This document shows, piece after piece, positions 14,140 through 28,040 of a DNA stretch of 64,000 nucleotides. The DNA is from Octopus sinensis (Eukaryota), in assembly GCF_006345805.1 (NCBI RefSeq), contig NC_042999.1, positions 158,162,001 through 158,226,000 of the forward strand, read 5' to 3'. How positions within the stretch are numbered: position 1 is the first letter of the stretch; each line of letters opens with the position of its first letter. The position numbers and the translations under genes are program-made. Below the pieces are notes generated by a model. The model was given only the letters and a program-made list of their open reading frames with translations. It made no database searches and was not told the DNA's origin.

Positions 14140-14424
14140 TAAGACAAAGCATTCTCATTTTATATTTTCAATTTTTTATGCAAAGAGATCAAAGAAAAGA
14201 ACGTTGTATTTCATTACATTTAACAATTTAAGCTATTTTAGTATTTCAAAGAGAAGATAGAATTTCCGTTTCCAAATCAAAGAAATATTTGCTAAATAAT
14301 CACAAAATTCTCGGAATTTTGTCTTAAATACATCTGTTTTTCTGTATTACATGTACATCTTGAACTACATGATTGCCAAGTAGAATCAGAAATTCTGCCA
14401 CTAATCATTTATTGTATATATATA

Positions 14425-14479
<55 letters not shown>

Positions 14480-14742
14480 ATATATATAGATACTATATAT
14501 ATATATATATACCTATGGACAAGTACAAATTAATTAAATTCACTTCCTCCTGATTCTTCGTTCACATGACACCCACTCACACACACGTACGCACACTCAC
14601 GCACGCACACACACACACACACACAAACATACACACACTGGCATCTACGAATGTATGCAAGTAATATAGGTATGAATGTATGGGAAGGTGTGTATGTATA
14701 AACGCACACAGACACATATTTGCGTGTTATCGCATTAACTCA

Positions 14743-14906
14743 TTTTTCGTCTATCTTGATGTTCTGAGTTCGAATTCCGCCGAGGTCGACTTTGCCTTTC
14801 ATCCTTTCGAGGTCGATAAATTAAGTACCCGTTGCGTTCTGGGGTCGATCTAATCGACTGCTACTCTTCCCCAAAATTTCGGGCCTTGTGCCTAGAGTAG
14901 AAAAGA
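14743..14906 (+). mobile_element. SINE family b with alternative tail
   Basis: Meta-type domain, then ...ccccaaaatttcgggccttgtgcctagagtagaaaag, the same tail as 59834-60050. Confidence 0.8.
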
Positions 14907-14955
14907 ACACATTTACTCACATATATTAACATTTGCATAATGAACACACATAACG

Positions 14956-14994
<39 letters not shown>

Positions 14995-15169
14995 CACACA
15001 CACACACACACACACACACCACCAACACACAACACACACCACAAAAAAAAAAGTAATGCAAAAGGGGACATTGCATTTTTATAAACTGACAAAAGTCGTT
15101 CAAATTGCAGATGTTGCTAACCCTTCTCTTATAGCAACGCTTTCTCACGTTTAACATTATTGCAAACTG

Positions 15170-15660
15170 ATAACGTGTTCCAAGCAGAAGTAACGCGCTG
15201 TCGTGAGGTTCTTAACGAAGAAAGGATGCGGGTTACCTGGTTATTTACATGAATGATGCCAGTAATAAGAACGCAGATGAATGGAGATGTTTAAAGGGAA
15301 AACTTGCAATGAAGGCAAACTTCGCATTGAGAGACCATCGACGACCACAGCTAACACGAATGGCCAGCGAATGGACGAAATGATTCGCGCGGACAGGCGA
15401 GTCACTATCTGTGAATTCATACAACTGGTCTATGATAACAGTACATAACTTACGACTGTGGTTGACCTACAGTATCGGAAAAGGGTACAAATTTAGTACT
15501 TCGTCGGTTTAGCACACCCGATTTGAAGGCAAGAAAGATGGCATTCTGCTTTGATCTGCTGAAAATATTTGAAACCAAGGACAAGACGTTTCTGATCTGG
15601 TGACCAGGGATGAAATGCAGGCACATTTTGTGATTCAGAAACGAGGACTAACTTAAAGGA
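15170..15660 (+). mobile_element. Degenerate mariner transposase fragment
   Basis: Remnants RAVVRFLTKKG (HTH), RPST...QRMDEMIRADRRVTI and a degenerate VTGDE motif. Frameshifted. Confidence 0.65.
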
Positions 15661-16319
15661 ATTTCGTTAAGGCTCTCCTCCAAGTCAAAAGAAGTTCAAC
15701 AGACACGCCCTTTCTCTCTCTCTTCTCTCTCCATGCTGTGCGTGTAGCTCTCCTGTGTGACCCCTCTGTCTGGCATTCGCCATGATAGATCGTTAGCCAC
15801 TACACATTCTTTATTGTCTCTCCTTGTTTCTTTCTGTGTTCCTTTCTGTGGAAGAGCGTAGGCTCGAAACGTTAAAGACTTTTTCATTTCCCGAGCTTTA
15901 AACTAATAGATCTGTTTGTTGTCTACACCACTTGTCTTCGTCTTTTGTATTTTTTTTGTGAAATCTCCCTATATATATTATATATATATATATATTATAT
16001 ATATATATATTATATAGATACTTTTTATTTTAAATAAAAAATTTTAATACTTTTTGCTAGTTATATATAATTAATAATAAAATAAATAAAATAAAAAATA
16101 ATAAAAATTTTATTATATATAAAAAATTTATAAATATAAATTAATAATTTTTAATTTTTAACTTTAAAGTTAAATAATTTAACTTTGAATTTATATATTT
16201 ATATATTATTATATATATATTAATTACTATTTATTATATATTTTTATTTAGTATTATTCACTATTGATTTTGATATATATATAATTATATATTTATCTAT
16301 AATATAATATATATTATAT

Positions 16320-16399
<80 letters not shown>

Positions 16400-16950
16400 A
16401 TATATATATCTCAACGTCATCATCCATGTTTTAGCGGCTATTTCCCATGCTTGTATGGGTCGGACAAAAGTACGTTAAGCCAGAGTTTTTCTCGAACCGG
16501 ATGCGCTTCCACTCACGAACCACGACCCGTTTCTAACTGCCGTCCGTTATAATACCTTTGTTTATCGAGCAATAAACAAACCTGTAATGCGTATAAGGAA
16601 AATCGGAAAGAAATGACAATGTATGAACGAGATGTTTGTGTTTATAAATATTGCACAACACGTCAAAACCGGACATGGATTCATACTGGACTACAATGTA
16701 AAATGTTACATATAGTGTGCATTCGCCATAGTGTTTATTATTATGTTCTCAAATATATGAAATTGTCTAGGGAAATCAATATGGCTACAAAGATTATAAA
16801 TTTATGAAATTATTAGTAAGTTTGTGACACATAGACAAATGGTAGACAATCAAAATTGAATTAAAAAATTGAGGTTTTATGTTGACAATGTGTTTATAAC
16901 ATATGATTTTAAGTATGTATGTGTGTGTTTGAGAGAATTAGTCTGTCCGT

Positions 16951-16984
<34 letters not shown>

Positions 16985-17136
16985 ATGTACACGTCATAGG
17001 AGATATAAACGTCGACCAGTAAACAATTTGTACGAAAAAAAAAAAAGGATGCAGCTTGGTTTAGACTTATATGTCCTGATATTTCTGGCTAACGAGACGT
17101 ATGGTGAAACACCGGTGTCAATAATTCTGTGCGCCA

Positions 17137-17192
17137 ATGAGCCGTCGTAAGAGAAAGAGGTTATTCCCCTCTGATATACACTACAACGACTG
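17137..17192 (+). CDS. Candidate first coding exon (MSRRKRKRLFPSDIHYND-tg), possibly of the C2H2 gene
   Basis: ATG at 17137 and donor CTG|GTATGT at 17193. It ends in phase 2, matching the phase-2 acceptor at 36407 (TG|T = Cys). No transcript evidence; weak Kozak context. Confidence 0.3.
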
Positions 17193-17449
17193 GTATGTCG
17201 TTCATCTGAATCTGTCTAGACGTATAAAGAATAAATATGAAAATATTCTCATATGATACACGACACACACACACACACACGCGCACACACACACGCACAC
17301 ACACACACACAAACGTACGCGCAGACAAGCCTTGCGGCATACACGATCTTAAAACCTCATAGGTGATGTTACAACTTATTTCCATCTGCACTTAACCATA
17401 CGAATACAGATGTCTATTTTTCTGATTAACTGAATCAAAGAAAAAAAAC

Positions 17450-17958
17450 ATCATCATCATCATTGTTTAACGTCCGCTTTCCATGCTAGCATGGGTTGGA
17501 CGATTTTGACTGAGGGCTGGCGAACCAGATGGCTGCACCAAGCTCCAAACTTGATCTGGCAGAGTTTCTACAGCTGGATGCCCTTCCTAACGCCAACCAC
17601 TCCGAGAGTGTAGTGAGTGCTTTTTACGTGTCACCGGCATGGGAGCCAGTCAGGCGGTACTGGCAGCGATCTCGCTCGAATCTTTTTACACATGCCACCG
17701 GCACAGGTGCCAGTAAGGCGATGCTGGTAACGATCAGGCTCGAATGGTTCCCTTTTACGTGCCACCGGCACGGAAGCCAGTTAGCCGCTCTGGCAACGAT
17801 CACGCTCTGATGGTGCTCTCAGTACCCTACTAGCACAGGCACAAGTGGCAGTAAGGCGACGCTGGTAACGATCACACTCAAATGGTGCATTTTATGTGCC
17901 ACTGGCACGGAAGCCGGTTAGCCGCTCTGTCAACGATCGCACTCGTATGGTGCTCCAC
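17450..17958 (-). mobile_element. RTE-type LINE 3' UTR containing five ~62-69-bp tandem units in an alternating A/B pattern
   Basis: (CAT)n tail at ~17450. Units start near 17627, 17689, 17758, 17827 and 17894. Units 1, 3 and 5 resemble each other, as do 2 and 4. Confidence 0.75.
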
Positions 17959-18589
17959 GATATATATATATATATTTAAGAAGCATAGGGTTCAATTTCC
18001 TGTAGCGGCTTGCTGGCCACTTTTTCCCGTCTTCTGAGGGTGTTTACCCGTTCTTCTAAGGGGTTTTCACAGCTATTCTGCGTTAGAGATAAAATTTATT
18101 TTCTGTAGTATATATATATATATATATACCAAGACAGAACTTTTTTCATTTCATATTTTCAAAACTTCGTATACGAAGAGATCAAAGAAAGGAAATATTT
18201 ATTTCATTAAATTCAACAAGTCAGTTTATTTTAATATTTCAAAGAGACGGTAGAATTCGCATCCTCAAGATCAAAGATATATTTACCATATGACCACGAT
18301 ATTTTGGAAAATATTTCATAGATATATATACTTATATTAATTTATGTTATATAAAAAATGAATGCCAAGTAGAATCAGTTATACTTTAATTTTGTATATC
18401 CATGAATAAATATAAATGATAATTATTTATACTTGCCTACATTCTGATTTTTCACACATACACACATACATATATACAGGTATATGTATGTATGTATGTA
18501 TGTATGTCATTATTCAGTTTTATTTCAAGATTTCTTGCAAGTAGAGAAAGAGCAGGTTTCTAACCTAGATCCAAGACTCCTTCATTGAA

Positions 18590-21260
18590 CTTTATGGGAT
18601 CTGTTTCTGCTTTAATGCGTTTTGGTGTAATGTTAAAGAGAGCGGGGTCAATTGAGATGAAATAATTGTGCCGTATGATTTATGTTGTGGGCGGATAGCA
18701 CGGGGACCAAGTCTTGGGTGTATCTTAAAGGTGATGCCAACATCATTTGGGCACTGCTGATGGAATATTTTCCACATCATGCAGATGATATAGCGCTCGC
18801 TCACGGCGGCGTTGGAGAAAATAAAACTTGACGACCCCAAAAGTTAAGGCCTGTCATGCCATCTATTTTTTTTGTATTTGACCTTTAAGGTGCTTCAACT
18901 TTCATGATACTTTGTTTCGTGTGGGGAGACCACAGTGGACAAGAGTATTCAAGGTGAGGTCGGGCAAAAGAGAAGAAGAGAAGGATAGTGGTGTGGATAT
19001 CTCTCGGCTGGCAAGTTCTGAAAATCCAGGAACACATCCTGCGGGCCATGTCGACTTTGCTGTTTATATTAGTGGCCCAGCTTATGTTGTTCACAATTAC
19101 TCCCAAGTCTCTGATGTTGTTGGATACCTTGAGGGTTTCACCTGAAGGAATGGAGTATGGGAGTTTCAGGTTATCTTTTTTCCGAAGTGGATTAACTCAA
19201 ATTTGTCCTCGTTCAGCAGCATATTCTTTTCTGCTCATTGGATGGCAGCCTGTAAATCTGACTGAAGGCATGTCCGGTCAACCACTTCATTGATGACCTT
19301 CTGTATCTTGGAATCGTCTGAAAAGATTCTTATGTTGCTGTGTTTGATGATGTGAGGGGTGTCATTGATGTAGTTGATGAAAAAAAAGTGGGACCAATAC
19401 AGTAACTTGTGGAGCACCAGTACTGACTTTGGCTGGGCTTGATTTTACTCGTTCGACAATGTTGGATTGCTTTCTTAAGAGAATCTTATGATCAACCCTG
19501 TCAAAGGCCTTGCTCAAAACAAGGTAGATGACATCGATGTTGTCGTCCTTTCCCAAAGTTCTCAAAATGTCAAAGTGAGGCAGGAGCTGCGTTAGGCAGT
19601 TCCCTCCATTACAGAATCCATGTTGGTTGGGGTTCAGCAGTCTGTTGCTTTTAAGTGAGTGGGTTATTCCTGATCTCACCACCCTCTCAAATACCTTGAT
19701 GGTATGAGAGTTCGGATGGTAGTTCACTGCAAGGGACTTGTTTCCTTTTTTGAAAACCGGGACAACAGACTGGGACAGAAAGTTTTAAGGAATATAGGCA
19801 GCATCCTGTCAGTTCCTCCACAGATTAGCAAATGGAGATGCAAGTTGGTGTCGACACACCTTCACGATACAAGCAGAGATCCCATCAGGGCCTACTGCTG
19901 AAATGTGTTTAATTTCGTTTATTGCCGCTAAGACATCAGTGGTGCCAAACGTTATGTCCGATATAATATATTGGGGATTAACATCACTGATACAGTCCAG
20001 ATCGGCCAAACCAGGATTGCTGAAAACAGAGCAGTACTTTTTCTGCAGTATTTCACTCATGCTTTTGGAATTATCTTGGAGAGTGTCATTTTCATCAATT
20101 AGAGGGCCAACAGTGGAGACAGTGATCTTGTGATTTTTCGCAAAAGAGAAGAACACTTTGGGGTTGAGTTTGATTTTCTCAACGGCCCATTTCCCCTCAG
20201 CTGTTCTTTGGTTATTGATGATGGTCTTCATGTATTGTTGGAGGCTATATCTTTTTGATTCGCGCAGGGCGATAACCATCGAATATATGTGTGGCCGTTG
20301 GCAATATTTTAGTTTGTCAATTTTTATTTTTTTTTTATTTTTATTTTTCTGATAACAGTTTTTCTGATTTGGGGAATTCTGCATTTAGTTTTCTTCACAG
20401 GTTTTGTGGAGTGTTTTGCACATAGGTTTGTGACGGTGTCTACAAAGATCTGCCAAGATATTTTGATGCTGGTGAAGGTGTGTGAAAGACCAGTCAACAT
20501 ATGATAGCTCGTTCATGATTGCGTCCCAGTCGGTACCATAGAGATCCATGTTATTAGATGGGGGTGGGTGAGAGCTGGAGAGATGTCACTAGGGTTAGCT
20601 TTCGGATGGTGTAATCTCATGCTCTGAAAGAAGGAATGTTTCCACTATAATATTATGTAAAGTGTTAATGTAGTAGCAAAACACAAGGTCTAAAATGTTC
20701 TGATATCTTGGTGCAAGGGCAAGTTGGGACCAGAAAAACTCATTCATAAAGTTGTGAAGTGACTCTACTGCTTCTTTGTCAGTATTGAGGTGAGAGTACT
20801 TGGTTTCAAACTGATTGTGGACCATTCAACACAGGTTAGATTAAAATCTCCCATCATAATTATGTTATTAGAATGGCACTATTGAATAAAGCATTTAATG
20901 CTGTTAAGGCATTCTTTAAAGCGCAGTTGGGGTATTTGAGGGGCCCTATACAGTCCAACTATTATCACGTCATTAGTTTTGATGTACACGGTGACCGACT
21001 GACAGTAGCTGTTGGAGAATATCATATTCCCCTCTACCGAAAAGAAATAGTGCAGGAAAATGGCAGTTCCTCCCTTCCTTCTGTCGACTCAATCCGCGTG
21101 GGTGGTTGTGAAGTCCCTAACTTTCCCTTCGGTTTCCAAGTGGGAGTTGTCAAGGTGGGTTTCGGTAAAATTGAAGAAAGGGATGTTGTGTGGATGGTTA
21201 GCAACCCGACCCTCAATGAATTGGATCTTCTATTTTTGTGCCTTGATGGAGGGACTGACA
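18590..21260 (-). mobile_element. CR1-clade LINE ORF2 relic (AP endonuclease through RT, with internal deletions)
   Basis: [92 protein letters not shown]. Many stops and frameshifts. Confidence 0.9.
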
Positions 21261-21492
21261 CCTTGTCTATACATATATATGTAGATATATGTATATATAT
21301 GTATATTATATATATATATAATAATATATATATATATATATATATAATATATAAATATAAAATATATACATACATACATACATACAGATTTATATATATA
21401 AATAAATATATATGTATATATATATGTATATATATATTATATATAATATATATGCATATACATACGTATGCGTATATACATACATCTATACG

Positions 21493-21530
<38 letters not shown>

Positions 21531-21735
21531 ATATATATGCATATGTGGGCACAGGACATCATGAAACGTGTACAACAAAGAAGTACGAGGCACGAGTAAT
21601 GGAACATGAACTATTATTTCAAATAACGAGACACAAATGGAAAACAAAACAAACATAAAGAACGACCCTTCATTAGTTGTTGGCGGCATTTTCTGGTCTC
21701 GTATCTCGAGCATTTAACACACACACACAGACACG

Positions 21736-21781
<46 letters not shown>

Positions 21782-21802
21782 ACACACACACACACACACA
21801 CA

Positions 21803-21925
21803 GAGTTTCGGGCTCAGTCCCACTGCACTGCATCTTGGGCAGGTGTCTTCTACTATAGCCTCGGGCCGACCAAAGCTTGTGAGTGGATTTAGTAGACGGA
21901 AACTGAAAGAAGCCCGTCGTATATG
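21803..21925 (+). mobile_element. SINE family a fragment
   Basis: B-box remnant plus Nin-type domain. Confidence 0.75.
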
Positions 21926-22020
<95 letters not shown>

Positions 22021-22999
22021 GATATATATATATATATATAATATCAACAAAAGACGAAGATGGGTGTGTAAACAAGAAATAGATGTATTAGTTTAACGCT
22101 CGGGAAGTGAGAAAGTCTTTTATGTTTCGAGCCTACGCCCTTCGACAGAAACGAATGCAGAAATAAACAGGGAGAGAAAATAGAAAAAGGTTTAGCGACT
22201 AGCGATCTATCATGATGGTATATATTTTATTGTTTTATTCTTCTATATGTTTCAGCCGTGAGGCTGCGACCATGCTGGGGCACCGCCGTTGTAGTCATCT
22301 TTTAATTGGCCAAGTATACGGGTTTGGCTTTTGGTGAATGAGGGAGTTCGATATCGCTGCCATATATATAAGTATAGAGTAGTATAAATATACACAACTT
22401 GTTAGTGATAATACGCAGTTTCACTTACAATATATTGTATATCTTTGCATATACGACACAATTTCCTCTTTAAAAATGCGTAAGAAACTCACTCCGGGTC
22501 CTATGTGCAAATTTAGGCTTCTTACAAGCTGAACTGCACTTAAAACCTTTGTTCTCTAATATACGCTGCCGAAATTGATGGTTCGTGTTATATGCTCGTG
22601 CGCCTCTTATACCGTCAAATATAGGAATCTTTCAATCAGTTCTACCAATTATCACACATTTATGACGGATGTAATATCACTACAAAAGAACTGACTGGAA
22701 ATTATTTTGAATTACATAAGTAAACGTATCTATGGAACAATGCATTTAGTGGATCGAATATAACAAAATTAAAAAGAGACAGAAAACCTCAAAAATATCC
22801 ATGTTAGGTATCTAATTTTTTAAATGTGTTAACTAACATAATCTGTAACAATAAAAGTCTATTTCAAAAACAAGCAGTTAGATCTCAAGTAAGATTTGAC
22901 TTTAAAACTATAGGAAAAATGAGAAAAGCATTGAAGAATATATTCGTTTTGATTCTTATGTCTCTTTGACAGATACAAACTAACCTTTCTCTTTTGATA

Positions 23000-23396
23000 T
23001 CTTTATATATAAAAGAGAGGTTGTGTGCTGTCTGTCTCCTACAATTTAGATTCCTAACTACTCCCACATTTTGCGGTGCAGTTTAACCAAAACCGGGTAT
23101 CTTATAGACGTGATTCATATCGAGCCATTCTGGGTATTAGCGCGCGTCTACGATGAGTCTACGATTAAAAAAAAAATTACCATCAATGTTTCCCATTTTT
23201 AATGCATTTTTGGCATATATAAGGGAAGTAACTCTCTAAAAATTTATCATTAAATCTCAGAACGTAAAAAGCTACAGTAACACCCCCCCCCTTTGTGGTT
23301 AGCCATATTGAGATGGCTATTATACTTTACATCTCTAAAAATGCTTATATAGTTATTTCCCTTACAAACCCGAGCAACGCCGGGCGATACTGCTAG
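23000..23396 (+). mobile_element. Non-autonomous Helitron
   Basis: A|TC 5' end, CTAG|T 3' end, subterminal hairpin cccg-agcaacgc-cggg, no target duplication. Second copy at 59159-59555. Confidence 0.85.
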
Positions 23397-23932
23397 TAAC
23401 TGGATAAAATAAGAATCAGCTGAGCACTGGGATCGATGTAATGGACTCACCCCTAATCCTGAATTTGCTAACCTTGCGCCAAAAATTTGAAACCAATATT
23501 TTAAGGCGCCGAATTAGCAGAATTATTAGCACTCCCGAAATTGTAGACCGTGTGCCAGCATTTTAAACCAATATTACTGATACCTTTCTACGTCGTAGTA
23601 TAAGTCTTTACCTAAAGCTTTTTTATCTAATCAAATTATTATACGTCGTATTCAATTTAGAAACTCTCCTCACTGATTACAAAAGAAAAATAAAATAGCA
23701 TGGAGTTGAACATGCGTTCCCCCCCCCCCAAATAAGTACTGTTATGAACATATGTATTTCGTACGAACTCACATACAATCGCAGTGCACTTTCTCAGTAA
23801 TATAATCGAATTTCTTATATATATGTATTACATTTATACGAAACAAAATGCTCTGTATAAAAGTCAAATGTAGCCAAGGAAAAAATCAAATATGAATATA
23901 CACGAAAACGTGTATATATATATATATATATA

Positions 23933-23981
<49 letters not shown>

Positions 23982-24159
23982 GAGAGAGAGAAAGTAATAT
24001 GATGTTACATTATAAATGAGAGTGGCTGGGGGCAATTTCATTTTTAGTAGCATATATTTTTGAAAAAGCTAAGTGAAATTAATCGCATTTCGTATTTGTT
24101 TATCTTGCCGTATGCATATATACATGTGTGTCTTTGTGTGTGTATTCTAATATCTAAAC

Positions 24160-24238
24160 ATAAACTCAACTTATGTATAGATATGTATGCATGATTTGCG
24201 CACACACACATATATGCTTATCATTACACACACACAGA

Positions 24239-24291
<53 letters not shown>

Positions 24292-24328
24292 TATATATGT
24301 ATATATATATATACATATATATATATAC

Positions 24329-24401
<73 letters not shown>

Positions 24402-24646
24402 GTATGTAGTATGTATGTATGTATGTATGTAGTATACATAAGCATAGTTGCATAGATGAAAAATATTTTATGATGCAGCATAATACAGAACAATGAAACA
24501 TGTATAATATGTGATGTATATGTCTGTAAAAATATATTTTTATATTTATAAATCTTTCTCTCCCTCTCTCTATGTAGGAAATATGTGTATATATGAATAT
24601 ACATATATATATATGTGTATATATAAATATACATGTTTATACATAA

Positions 24647-24686
<40 letters not shown>

Positions 24687-24894
24687 AGATATACATGCAT
24701 GTGTGTGTACATGTATATGTGTTTGAGTGTGTATATACATGCATATATCTGTGCGCGTGTATATGCATGTATATATATGTGTGTGTGTATACGCATGTAT
24801 ATGTATGTATATATATGTATGTGTACATATATGTACATATATATATGTATGTATATACATGTATATAGACATGTGAGTATATATGCATGTACAC

Positions 24895-24937
<43 letters not shown>

Positions 24938-25112
24938 TATGTATAATATATATATACATATATATACATGTGTATATATATATGTATGTATATATACATT
25001 TATATATGGATGTATGTATATATATATATGTATGGATATACATGCATATATATATATAGTGTACGTATATACATGTATGTGTATGTGTGTATATATATAT
25101 ATGTATATATAA

Positions 25113-25180
<68 letters not shown>
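24160..25180. repeat. About 1 kb of degenerate TA/TG/CA microsatellite
   Basis: Direct inspection. Confidence 0.95.
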
Positions 25181-25182
<2 letters not shown>

Positions 25183-25249
25183 AACTTTAAACAGTTTCAG
25201 ATTCAAAGCTGCGATCATGCTGGGGCACCACCTTTGACTATACATAATG

Positions 25250-25650
25250 TGAAACCTGCTCTGATATGTGACATATTGTGAATGAGTGAATTTGATGCCT
25301 TGCCCTCATCTGTGTTTTTTCTCCGTGAGGTAGGCTCATCTGGAACCATTGACGGGAGGAGAACTAGTTTTGTTTTGCAAACACCTACATCTACACCATG
25401 CATGCCCCTCAGGCATTTTGGAAAGATATTGCAGAGCCGTGGGCCCTGGAAAACCAAGTTGTAGCAGTATCTGGTTCTGTATTTTATGGGGAATGCAGAG
25501 ATCTTTGGCACTATGCAGTGGCGTTCAGTTCTGCTATTTGTGTAACTTTTAATGCGTAATTTGTTACAAAGTCTTCCATGATTTTCTAGATCTATGTCAC
25601 TATATATCTTTCCTGCCTACGTTGGACATTATTCTGGATTCCTTTTGCTA
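25250..25650 (-). mobile_element. CR1-type LINE 3' fragment
   Basis: RRQERYIV..KIM, YRTRYCYNLVFQGPRLCNIFPKCLR, VPDEPT, SNSLIH. Confidence 0.75.
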
Positions 25651-25904
25651 TTAATAGTTTAACTATCATATCCATTTCTTTAAATTTTAGTCGCCTTCAT
25701 ATTTTCTTCATGTATTTTCTTCATACGCTTCCATACACATCGTTCCTTACAGGTTTTTCACACGTTTTTATATCCGTATATTTGTATGTTATACTTTATT
25801 TTATTTATGTTCAATAGTCTGAATATATGAGGATGATATAAATTTGTTTGCCCAATTCCGATGTTTATTTTTTAACCACTAAGTTTATATATGTATACTT
25901 ATAA

Positions 25905-25937
<33 letters not shown>

Positions 25938-27191
25938 TGTATGTATGTATGTATGTATGTATGTATGTATGTATGTGTGTGTGTATGTATGTAGGCATGT
26001 ATGTATGTATATATATGTATATATATATATTAAGAGAGGGCCTAGCAGGAGGGAATGCGTGGTGAGTGAGGGTGTGTTACCATTTGTGTGTGTGTGTATG
26101 TGTGTGTGCGTGTATACTTGTATATGCTGTGTTATGAATTTATGGAAAGAAATCCCATATAACTCAGCAATTTCGCTAAAAATGGAGAAGAGAAGATGTT
26201 AAAATATATAAAAAGTTCGTTTCTATGTTTTATTTCTATGTTTTCGTTTCTCATTGTGTTCAAGGTTTTTTTGGATCTCCTGTACCCATATATGCATGTA
26301 TATATACATATATACATATATATGTAGGTATGTAGATATATGTATGTATATATGCACATATTTATATATTATTTATATCATTATATGATTGAACACCACG
26401 CATCCTTTTCCAAGTTTTATCTTAATAATTATGATGCGCACTCTTCACCTTTACTTCTGTGTATCTCTCTCCCTCTCTTGTTCTTCATCCCTTCTGGTTT
26501 TCTCTCCCACTCTTCCCTATTCTTCTCCTCTCCCCTTCACCGTTCCCTCTCTCTTACTCCTCCTCATCCTCCTCCTCGGCTCTCTCGTCACTGACACGCG
26601 ATCAGAGGGAAGCCATCTTTCCGAGTGCTATCTTCACCAAGACCAGACCAGCTTATCCTGTCTCTTTCATAAGCTGTCTCCTCAAGCGTTCAGAATAATT
26701 TTTCCATCGTATTGACTTAACAACCCTCATCGTTTTTACTGTTTTGTTCTCATTGTTCTGTCTTGTACTGTTTTTACTTTTTTTTATTGTTTTTACTATT
26801 TTGTTCTTACTGTCCTGTTCTTGTTACCACTTTTACCCTCTGCAAAAAATCCCAAATTTTATGTAATTTGCTTTGCAGGAAGGATTGTTTCAACGAAGTC
26901 GCGTCTTGCCCTTACCTTCGAAACGCGGAGGAGATGAAACAGGGACAACTGAAGAAGGGGACTATTCCTTGTGTTGTATGTCTTGTACCCTGTTTTTTTG
27001 TTTTTATGTTTTTGTTTCTCATTGTGTTTGATGTCCTGTACCCATATATGCATGTATATATACATATATAAGTAGGTATGTACATATATGTATGTATATA
27101 TGCATATATTTATATATTACTTTTATTATTTTATACATACACACATATATATATATACATACATACATACACACATGCATGCATATGTATG

Positions 27192-27237
<46 letters not shown>

Positions 27238-27239
<2 letters not shown>

Positions 27240-28011
27240 AGCACATACATGGTTCTAGGTTTAGTCCGTCTGTGTGGCACATTGGGCAAGTGTCTTCTGC
27301 TATAGCCTCGGGCCGACCAATGCCTCTTGTGAGGGGATTTAATAGACAGAAACTGAAAGAAGCCCGTCGTATATATGTATATATATATTATATATATATA
27401 TATACTCTTTACTCTTTTACTTGTTTCAGCCATTTGACTGCGGCCATGCTGGAGCACCGCCTTTAGTCGAGCAAATCGACCCCGAGACTTATTTTTTGTA
27501 AGCCCAGTACTTATTATATCGGTCTCTTTTGCCGAACCGCTAAGTGACGGGGATGTAAACACACACCAGCATCGGTTGTCAAGCAATGCTAGGGGACAAA
27601 CACAGACACACAAACACACACACACATACATTTATATATATATATATATATATATGACAGGCTTCTTTCAGTTTCCGTCTACCAAATCCACTCACAAGGC
27701 ATTGGTCGGCCCGGGGCTATAGCAGAAGACACTTGCCCAAGATGCCACGCAGTGGGATTGAACCCAGAACCATGTGGTTGGTTAGCAAGCTACTTACCAC
27801 ACAGCCATATATATATGTGTGTGTGTATGTATGTATGTATATGTGTATGTGCGTGTTTATGTGTCTGTGTTTGTCCGACCAACATCACTTGACAACCGAT
27901 GCTGATGTGTTTACGTCCCTGTAACTTGGCGGTTCGGTAAAAGTGACCGATAGAATAAGTACTAGGCTTACAAAGAATAAGTCCTGGGGTCGGTTTGATC
28001 GACTAAAGGCG
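27238..28011 (+). mobile_element. SINE family a split by an antisense SINE family a copy (27404-27807, minus)
   Basis: + strand 5' half at 27238-27369 and 3' half at 27861-28011 flank a near-complete minus-strand copy inserted in the central microsatellite. Confidence 0.8.
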
Positions 28012-28040
28012 ATATGTACGCATATATATATATATGCGTG

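Noticed and set aside
16000-16330. Extremely AT-rich block as a regulatory or origin element
   Set aside because: It looks like a scrambled (TA)n flanked by clean (TA)n, most simply low-quality long-read consensus.
17627-17958. CRISPR-like repeat array
   Set aside because: The whole unit repeats with no unique spacers, there are no cas genes, and it sits in a eukaryotic LINE 3' UTR.
20873-21658. 261-aa + strand ORF as a host gene
   Set aside because: It is the antisense frame of the CR1 endonuclease, extended by a (TA)n tract.
26949-27000. Hammerhead in the family at 7030-7200, 26215-26340 and 26940-27080 (CUGAAGA at 26949, CUGAUGA at 7151)
   Set aside because: I could not find a correctly placed GAAA, stem III and closing stem I in any copy.
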